From an uncultured Candidatus Saccharibacteria bacterium (GTDB taxonomy: Bacteria; Patescibacteriota; Dojkabacteria; SC72): a stretch of 64,000 nucleotides of DNA. Shown piece by piece: positions 57,781 to 64,000 of this stretch (positions within the stretch are counted from its first letter, which is position 1; every line of letters starts with the position of its first letter). The stretch is taken from positions 82,137 to 146,136 of the forward strand of contig CAYZNW010000001.1 of NCBI GenBank assembly GCA_964480345.1. Reading direction: 5' to 3'. The notes under the pieces were generated by a model. It had not been told where the DNA came from, searched no databases, and saw only the letters and a program-made list of their open reading frames with translations. The position numbers were made by a program, and so were the translations under genes.

Positions 57781-58875
57781 ATGGATAAAAGAGATTACTA
57801 TGAAGTTCTTGGTGTCAACAAAAGTGCTTCTGCTGCTGACATTAAGAAAGCATATAGAAAATTAGTTAAAAAATATCATCCTGATGTAAATAAGGAGAAC
57901 AATGCTGAGGAGAAATTTAAAGAGATTCAGGAGGCATATGAAGTTTTGTCTAATGATTCTAAGAGGTCAGCGTATGATCAGTATGGTCATGCAGGAACTG
58001 CTGGTTTTGATGCAGGCAGTGCAGGTGGATACACTGACTTCTCAGGGGCTCCGTTTGATATGGGAGATATATTCAACAGTTTCTTTGGTGGAGGTATGAG
58101 TGGTGGTGGATTTGGTTTTGATTTTGGTGGAGGTGGTATGAGGAGACAAGATAATGGAGGCTCAGATATTAGATATAGGATAAGGTTGAGCTTTGAAGAG
58201 GCTATGCGAGGAGGTGATTACAAGATTCATATTGAAAGAGAGGATCATTGTACAGAGTGTAAAGGAAGTGGTAGTTCTACAGGTAAAACTAAAGAGTGTC
58301 CTGTTTGTAAAGGAACTGGTCAGGAAAGGCAGGTAAGAAATACCATCCTTGGAAGAATGGCAGTTATGAGTACTTGTAGTAATTGTGGAGGAACTGGAAA
58401 AGTAGTTGAAGATCCATGTAAGAAGTGTAGAGGAACAGGAGTGGAAAATATTAAGGAAGAGTTTAACATCAAAGTACCTGCAGGAGCATATGACGGTATG
58501 GTTCTTAGATTTAGAGGAGGAGGAAATGTAGGTAGAAATGGTGGGCAATCAGGAGATCTTTATGTTGAAATAGAGGTAGAAGTATCTAAAAATTTTGAAA
58601 GAAGAGGCAATGATATATATTCAGAGATAAGTATTCCTGTATATGTTGCTGTACTGGGAGAAAATGTATCGGTTAAAACCATTTTCGAAGATGTTAAGCT
58701 TAAAATCCCTAAAGGTACACAAGCAGGTACGATCTTTAAATTAAAAGGAAAAGGATGTCCTATTCTTAATTCAAAAAATTCAAGAGGGGATCACTATGTA
58801 AGAGTAAATGTCGATATACCAACTAGAATTACTGGTAAAGAGAAGAAGTTGTGGGAGGAACTTTCAAAGTCATAG
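57781..58875 (+). CDS. dnaJ: Molecular chaperone DnaJ
   Basis: The J domain reads DYYEVLGV...[15 protein letters not shown]. It is followed by a G/F-rich region, four CxxCxGxG zinc-finger repeats and a C-terminal substrate domain. Confidence 0.95.
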   Translation: MDKRDYYEVLGVNKSASAADIKKAYRKLVKKYHPDVNKENNAEEKFKEIQEAYEVLSNDSKRSAYDQYGHAGTAGFDAGSAGGYTDFSGAPFDMGDIFNSFFGGGMSGGGFGFDFGGGGMRRQDNGGSDIRYRIRLSFEEAMRGGDYKIHIEREDHCTECKGSGSSTGKTKECPVCKGTGQERQVRNTILGRMAVMSTCSNCGGTGKVVEDPCKKCRGTGVENIKEEFNIKVPAGAYDGMVLRFRGGGNVGRNGGQSGDLYVEIEVEVSKNFERRGNDIYSEISIPVYVAVLGENVSVKTIFEDVKLKIPKGTQAGTIFKLKGKGCPILNSKNSRGDHYVRVNVDIPTRITGKEKKLWEELSKS

Positions 58876-58926
58876 CTTCTAGGTTTAGAATATGATATAC
58901 TTCAATTGGAAAGTTATACAAAGGGA

Positions 58927-58956
58927 AGGGTGAGGATTAATTCTCACCTTTTTTTT
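58927..58956 (+). terminator. Rho-independent terminator after dnaJ
   Basis: A stem GGGTGAG/CTCACC(T) with loop gattaatt, then T8. Confidence 0.5.
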
Positions 58957-58980
58957 AGCTAATATTTTAATGTAACTAAC

Positions 58981-60192
58981 ATGGCAATGACATCTGAATT
59001 CATTTCTGCGATTAATCAGATTGCAGCAGAAAGAGGTATAGACAAGGAGGAGATATTTAATGCTCTTGAGGAGTCTATATTAGTTGCTTACAAAAAGGAA
59101 AAATTTGAATTTGAAACTGATGAAGAGAAAGATGAGAAAGGAAAGAATCTTTCTGTAGAGTTGAATAGAGAAAATGGTGAGTTTAAACTCATAGGGACAA
59201 AAGAGGTTGTGAAGAAAGTGAAAGATAACGAGTTAGAGATATCTATTTCTGAAGCTGAGATGATTTCTCCAAATGTGGAGGTAGGCGACTCTATTCAAAT
59301 AGAGATGCCTTCTACAGATTTTGGTAGGATTGCAGCACAAACTGCAAAACAGGTGATTTTACAGAAGATTAGAGAATCAGAGAAAGATGCAGTTATTAGT
59401 GAATATAGCGATAAGGTTGGTGAAATATTTACTGCTTTAATGCAGAGAATGCAGAAGGGAGATGTGATTTTTGAGATAGGAAAAGCTACAGCAGTTATGC
59501 CTCAGGAAGAGCAGATTTCTAATGAATATTACAGATTAGGTGATAGATATAAGGTGCTTTTGAAAGATATTGTTGATTCTCAGATGATCGTTTCTAGATC
59601 TGATGCAAATTTTTTGATTGGTTTGTTTAAATTAGAAGTTCCTGAGATAGAGTCAGGAGTTTTGGAAATTAAAGCAATTGCTAGAGAAGCAGGATCTAGA
59701 AGTAAAATGGCAGTATTTTCAAAAGAAGAAGGTGTAGATCCTATCGGTTCATGTGTAGGTCAAAGAGGCATTAGAATTGCAAATGTAATGAATGAGCTAG
59801 GAGAAGAGAAAATTGATATAATAGAGTGGGATGAAGATAGTGAAAAGTTTGTAGCTAATGCATTGAGCCCAGCAAAGATAGAGGATGTAGTTATAGAAGA
59901 TGATAAGGCTACTGTGACTGTTCCTGAAGATCAGCTTTCACTTGCAATTGGTAGAGAGGGCCAAAATGTTAGATTGGCATGTAAATTGACAGGTTACAAG
60001 ATAGATATCTTAGGAGATGGAGTTAAAGTAGAAGATGAAGAGAATAAAGAGGAAGAGAAGACAGACGAGGGTGAGGAAGTAAAAGAAGTGGAGAAAGCTG
60101 AGGTCGAAGATAATAAAGAGGAGCAAGAGAAGGAAACAGAAGAAGAACCTAAAGAAGAGGAAAAAGAAGAAGACGAAAAAGATAATGACTAA
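58981..60192 (+). CDS. nusA: Transcription termination/antitermination factor NusA
   Basis: The N-terminal block EFISAINQIAAERGIDKEEIFNALEESILVAYKK, an S1 domain, two KH domains (GSCVGQRGIRIANVMNELGEEKIDIIEW) and an acidic E/K-rich tail. Confidence 0.9.
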   Translation: MAMTSEFISAINQIAAERGIDKEEIFNALEESILVAYKKEKFEFETDEEKDEKGKNLSVELNRENGEFKLIGTKEVVKKVKDNELEISISEAEMISPNVEVGDSIQIEMPSTDFGRIAAQTAKQVILQKIRESEKDAVISEYSDKVGEIFTALMQRMQKGDVIFEIGKATAVMPQEEQISNEYYRLGDRYKVLLKDIVDSQMIVSRSDANFLIGLFKLEVPEIESGVLEIKAIAREAGSRSKMAVFSKEEGVDPIGSCVGQRGIRIANVMNELGEEKIDIIEWDEDSEKFVANALSPAKIEDVVIEDDKATVTVPEDQLSLAIGREGQNVRLACKLTGYKIDILGDGVKVEDEENKEEEKTDEGEEVKEVEKAEVEDNKEEQEKETEEEPKEEEKEEDEKDND

Positions 60193-60210
60193 TTTAAACA
60201 TGGGAACTAA

Positions 60211-61770
60211 ATGTCTACTAAATCTAAACAAAATAAAGGTAAGACAAATAGCACTAGCAATAGTGTTAGAATTCCCATTGTTACAATCCTTGGTCATGTA
60301 GATCACGGTAAAACAACCATATTAGATAGAATAAGAGAAAGTAATGTTCAGAGCTGTGAAGCTGGAGGAATCACTCAGAAAGTTTCAGTATTTACAGTTA
60401 ATCTTGATGATAAAGATAAACAGATTACTTTCGTAGATACCCCTGGTCATGAAGCATTTGATTTGATGAGAACACGAGGTGGCAGTATTGCTGATATAGT
60501 TCTCCTAATTGTTGCAGCTGATGATGGAGTTAAACCTCAAACAAAAGAATCTATTGAAATCATAAAAGCTTCATCTGCAAAACCAATAGTTGTAATTAAT
60601 AAATGTGATTTACCCGATATCAGTTTGGAGAAAGTTAAAAGAGATATTGTTAATAACGGTTTACAGTTAGAAGGTTTTGGAGGACATATCCCTGTAATGG
60701 AAGTCTCAGGTAAAACTGGCAAGGGAATACCAGAACTACTTGATATGATACTACTTGTAGCAGATGTAGAAGGTTTAAGAGAAGAATCAAAATTACCAAA
60801 AGGGGTTACAGCTAAAGTATTTGTTTTAGAATCAGTAAAAGATGAGTTTAGAGGTAATGTCTCTTCGGTAGCATTGGTAAATGGTCATATGTGTAAAGGA
60901 AATTGGTTTGGATATATGATAGAAGACAAAGTATACCTTGAAAAAATAAAAGGTATTGTTACAGAAGATGGAACTAATATGTGCCTATTAGGTTGTGGAT
61001 GTGGTGGTAAGATAATAGGTCTATCTCATCTTTTAGAACTTGGAACCGAAGGATATGTTCTTGAAAATAAAGATGAGAAATTACTAGATACTCTTTTTGA
61101 AAAAGAGGTTGAATCAGTTGATGAAGAAGAGATCAATATGGAAGAATTCTTCTCTGTTGCTAAAGAAAATGAAGGAGGACATCTTAATGTAATTATTAAA
61201 AGCTCCTCTGAGGGTTCATTGGAAGCTATTCTGAATTCTTTAAGTAAAATGGAGGAAGAGGAGTATACAGTTAAGGTACTGCGATCAGGAGTAGGGAATG
61301 TCTCTCTAAGTGATGTTGAATTTGCACAAGTTACAAAAGCAATCCTGCTTGGTTTTGAAGTTTCTATAGAGCAAGGAGTGGAGGATTTCGCTAAGAAAAA
61401 TAGGATTTTAGTCAAAACATACGATGTTATATACAAACTAATTGAAGAGGTACAGGAAGCTTTAACTCTAATGGCATTACCACAAGAAAGTGAAGAAGAG
61501 ATAGGGAATGCAGTTGTCAAGGCTATTTTCACTCTCTCAGATGGTAGTCAGATAGTAGGGTGCAAGGTTGAAAAAGGAATTTTGAAAAAAGATTGTAAGG
61601 TATATTTAGTTAGAAATGATGAGATATTGGCAGAATCTAAGATTAAGAGTTTGCGAATTAATAAAGATACTGTGAATGAAGTGAAGAGTGGTTTTGAGTG
61701 TGGTATTCAGTTGCTTTCACCTGTTGAGGTTGTTGAGGGTGATAAGGTTTATTGTTACAAAAAAGTATAG
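60211..61770 (+). CDS. infB: Translation initiation factor IF-2 (short form, 519 aa)
   Basis: The G domain IVTILGHVDHGKTTILDRIR, DTPGHEAFDLMRTRG and NKCDLPD, plus domain II and C-terminal beta-barrels. It lacks the long N-terminal extension. Confidence 0.9.
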   Translation: MSTKSKQNKGKTNSTSNSVRIPIVTILGHVDHGKTTILDRIRESNVQSCEAGGITQKVSVFTVNLDDKDKQITFVDTPGHEAFDLMRTRGGSIADIVLLIVAADDGVKPQTKESIEIIKASSAKPIVVINKCDLPDISLEKVKRDIVNNGLQLEGFGGHIPVMEVSGKTGKGIPELLDMILLVADVEGLREESKLPKGVTAKVFVLESVKDEFRGNVSSVALVNGHMCKGNWFGYMIEDKVYLEKIKGIVTEDGTNMCLLGCGCGGKIIGLSHLLELGTEGYVLENKDEKLLDTLFEKEVESVDEEEINMEEFFSVAKENEGGHLNVIIKSSSEGSLEAILNSLSKMEEEEYTVKVLRSGVGNVSLSDVEFAQVTKAILLGFEVSIEQGVEDFAKKNRILVKTYDVIYKLIEEVQEALTLMALPQESEEEIGNAVVKAIFTLSDGSQIVGCKVEKGILKKDCKVYLVRNDEILAESKIKSLRINKDTVNEVKSGFECGIQLLSPVEVVEGDKVYCYKKV

Positions 61771-61853
61771 TTTCTATACTATTTTCTATGGGTGTTTGCT
61801 CAGTAGGGCTATTTACTGTACTATTTCTATACTAAGATAGTTTTTTATATTAA

Positions 61854-63281
61854 ATGCTTACTGCTAGGCGAAAAGCAATTCTTGTGATTTTGGTTGTATT
61901 ATTTGTCACTTCTCTATTCTCAGCTCTTGTTTTACTTCAAAAAAGAAACAAAGTTAAAAATTCTTTACCACCAATTGTTCACTCTTTCTCTCCTCAAAGC
62001 CAAGAAATATATGCAAAAGATAACAAACTAATTATTCATGGTGTTTTTCGAAAAGCTCATGAGGAAAATGAAAACATTGTATTAAATATAGAAATTTGGG
62101 ATTACAACAGTAATAAATATTCAATAGAAACGATTACTATTCCATATGGATATGTCTCTAATAGGGATGATATTCTTAATCTTAATTCTGATAATTCTTT
62201 TCCTGTTGTTGATTTAAATATTAGTTTCAATGGGGAAGCTTCTTACAAAGATACTATGAGTTGGTTTAGTGGAGACAATGATAGTCGTCTACAAGCTAAA
62301 GAAGTTAAGGTTGTAAATAAAGTTGAAGAGTTAAAGAAGTATATTGAGAAGGATAATAAATATATGTCTAATTCAATAAAAAGCTTGATGGTTGATATAT
62401 ATGATATAGAGAAACCAGATAATACAGTTCACAAAGCTAATCCTGTTCTAGAATACTTGAAAATAGATCGGAGTAAGAAGAAATCTCTGCGGGAAGAAAC
62501 TTTCCCATTCCTAAGGAAAGCATTGAATTTAGAGGAACAATATGTATTACCTGAAAATTCATGGAAAAAAATTGTAGAAGAAACAACTTGGGATTGGAAA
62601 TCGAAGACTAATCTTAAAAGTTATATAGATACTAAACTGTTTGATATAGATTCTAGTAGAGGAGTATGGAACGATGAAGAGATTCATTATAAAGGCACAG
62701 AACAATTGGGACATATTAGAAGGGTATCGGAATATTTGTGGTTTGCTTCTAGCTACTATTTAGAGAACTCATTTGATTGTAACAAAGCAGAGAATGTAGA
62801 AGTATGTAATGAATTAGTAGAGCTATATACTTTTAATAAATCGTATTTGTCTACATACTATTTAAGAGGTGGTTACGGTATTTGTTCAGCTGCTTATATG
62901 CTTCCTGAGTTAGTAAAACTTACAAATAATCAGGATTTACAAAATGATTTAGAACTATTGAAAGAAAATAAAGAAAAGCTGTATCGCTCTTGTACATTTT
63001 CAGGTGGTGGTAATGGATTATGTGCTAGAGATTTGAAAGAATCTGTTAATTGTGGTTTATTATTAGCTAATAGTAATGATATGGAACTGACTAAGCAATT
63101 TGTATTAGATAGATATACATTTTTTGATAAATTAGAATATGAGAGAATGCAAATAAATTTGTTTTCTTCTAAAAATGCTCTTTATTCAGAGATGGATGTT
63201 GTAGATTCGGATTTTGGTATGTATTTGGTGAGACATATGGACGATGTTAAGTTTTTAAGAATACTGAATTACTGTGAATAA
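61854..63281 (+). CDS. Hypothetical membrane-anchored protein (475 aa)
   Basis: An N-terminal TM helix (AILVILVVLFVTSLFSALVLL) and a large extracytoplasmic domain with scattered Cys. No motif recognised. Confidence 0.35.
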   Translation: MLTARRKAILVILVVLFVTSLFSALVLLQKRNKVKNSLPPIVHSFSPQSQEIYAKDNKLIIHGVFRKAHEENENIVLNIEIWDYNSNKYSIETITIPYGYVSNRDDILNLNSDNSFPVVDLNISFNGEASYKDTMSWFSGDNDSRLQAKEVKVVNKVEELKKYIEKDNKYMSNSIKSLMVDIYDIEKPDNTVHKANPVLEYLKIDRSKKKSLREETFPFLRKALNLEEQYVLPENSWKKIVEETTWDWKSKTNLKSYIDTKLFDIDSSRGVWNDEEIHYKGTEQLGHIRRVSEYLWFASSYYLENSFDCNKAENVEVCNELVELYTFNKSYLSTYYLRGGYGICSAAYMLPELVKLTNNQDLQNDLELLKENKEKLYRSCTFSGGGNGLCARDLKESVNCGLLLANSNDMELTKQFVLDRYTFFDKLEYERMQINLFSSKNALYSEMDVVDSDFGMYLVRHMDDVKFLRILNYCE

Positions 63282-64000
63282 TTACAAAAATAATATATTA
63301 AAAATTATTATTTATTTTGTTATCGTATCACTTTTAGGTGCTTCTTCCTCTTATCTTATATATGCTCAAAATGCTGGTGAGACACAAGGGGGAGGGGGAT
63401 GTGGACCTGGAACATATCCTTGTAATCGTGGGTGTTGTGATGTTGGACCAATTCCTGACCCTCCTCCTCCTTGTGATGATAGTTGTAGTGGTTGTACACC
63501 TTCCTGTCCAACTGGATACACTAGAGTCAGACCTAACAACCTTTGTGCTAACGATGTTAAATGGGCTTCTTGTGGATACAACAATGATTGTGGAAATTGG
63601 TGTGGTGGTGGAGCCAACTGCTATAGACTCGAAACAAATATCGCTCCTACGACTACACCCTCCTCTGTCATACTTACACTTGATGGTATTAACTACTACT
63701 TGTCCTCCAATCCAAGTGCTCCTACAATAATTAAATCAGGCTCAGCAAACAGTAGTGCTACAGTATCCATATATCCCACTATCTCAGCAGATATAAATAT
63801 AAACAGAGGAGTAGGATATATCCTTAGATCCAATAACCAAGGAGTAAATGGAGAGTGGGCAGCTTTTGATTGTAGTAGAACTGAAGATCTTTGTAGAGAG
63901 GGTACAACCAATTATTACGCTTTTAACCCCTCCATTGGGCTTGCAAATGTATTTAAACCGAATGCAATAGGAGATATAGGAGCTCTTTACTATTCAATTA
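63274..64000 (+). CDS. Cys-rich secreted protein, 5' partial (runs off window end); non-ATG start
   Basis: A frame open from 63268 to the window end encodes a signal-peptide-like KIIIYFVIVSLLGASSSYLIYA. It continues with GGGGCGPGTYPCNRGCCDVGPIPDPPPPCDDSCSGCTPSCPTGY...CANDVKWASCGYNNDCGNWCGGGANCYR, about 15 Cys in 80 aa, then an S/T/N-rich region. It has no in-frame ATG; GTG at 63274 is a possible start. The ORF track instead lists overlapping out-of-frame ORFs. Confidence 0.35.
   Translation, partial: MNNYKNNILKIIIYFVIVSLLGASSSYLIYAQNAGETQGGGGCGPGTYPCNRGCCDVGPIPDPPPPCDDSCSGCTPSCPTGYTRVRPNNLCANDVKWASCGYNNDCGNWCGGGANCYRLETNIAPTTTPSSVILTLDGINYYLSSNPSAPTIIKSGSANSSATVSIYPTISADININRGVGYILRSNNQGVNGEWAAFDCSRTEDLCREGTTNYYAFNPSIGLANVFKPNAIGDIGALYYSI

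Noticed and set aside
60010-60306. 98-aa minus-strand ORF over the nusA 3' end and infB start
   Set aside because: Antisense of the E/K-rich NusA tail. The poly-F/L translation is a low-complexity artefact.
61771-61853. Direct repeat tttctatact (x2) in the infB downstream intergenic region
   Set aside because: Only two short copies in AT-rich DNA with no associated hairpin or ORF, so most likely chance.
63338-63730. 130-aa GTG-start ORF and the antisense 83-aa ORF at 63366-63617
   Set aside because: A third frame over the same DNA gives a signal peptide plus a coherent Cys-rich secreted domain open to the window end. The track ORFs are most likely out-of-frame shadows.

Overview
This window reads as an AT-rich stretch of a small bacterial chromosome in which short accessory patches sit between housekeeping genes. 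The small, truncated housekeeping genes (short HrcA, IF2 and AlaRS; separate GroES-GroEL) suggest a reduced, CPR/Patescibacteria-like genome with a Gram-positive-type envelope (sortase, LCP, MltG, MurJ). That taxonomic placement is inference only. The standard genetic code is in use, since long ORFs such as rpoB, rpoC and dnaK are intact.

Housekeeping genes I can support are:
- dnaG (partial, at the window start), a RodZ-like gene and ftsK.
- rpoB-rpoC-rpsL-rpsG, with no fusA or tuf downstream.
- A GT2 glycosyltransferase and rplY (L25).
- hrcA-grpE-dnaK, groES-groEL and dnaJ-nusA-infB.
- A comF-like gene and murJ.
- folD-glyA-(unknown 531 aa)-dcd.
- lepA-recF and rpsT.
- holA-like, an LCP-family gene, mltG, ruvX and alaS.
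- A solute-binding protein followed by a sortase.

Three CIRCE-like inverted repeats lie just downstream of sigma70-like promoters in front of hrcA, groES and dnaJ, which indicates an intact HrcA heat-shock regulon. Rho-independent terminators are visible after rpsG, dnaK, groEL and dnaJ.

Accessory or unusual content:
- (a) A compact minus-strand operon at 35243-39411 encodes a PrgI/VirB3-like membrane protein, a 211-aa soluble protein, a VirB4/TrbE-family ATPase with the DEAW Walker B, and an 80-aa ORF. This is a minimal type IV secretion-like module with no VirD4, VirB6 or VirB11 in the window.
- (b) Converging on that operon is a stand-alone Lon-like AAA+ module. It begins in the Lon helical linker and stops exactly at the AAA+/protease junction, so it has neither a LON N domain nor an S16 protease domain.
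- (c) A stand-alone Pol-beta-type nucleotidyltransferase.
- (d) An XRE-HTH regulator, a SprT-like HExxH protein and an RNHCP zinc-ribbon protein.
- (e) Several signal/TM-anchored repeat-rich surface proteins: Thr-rich mucin-like, He_PIG/Ig-like and E/P-rich tails. A Cys-rich secreted protein runs off the window end.
- (f) A 531-aa protein inside the folD-glyA-dcd operon with weak ThyX-motif resemblance.

I found no rRNA, tRNA, CRISPR or transposase genes.
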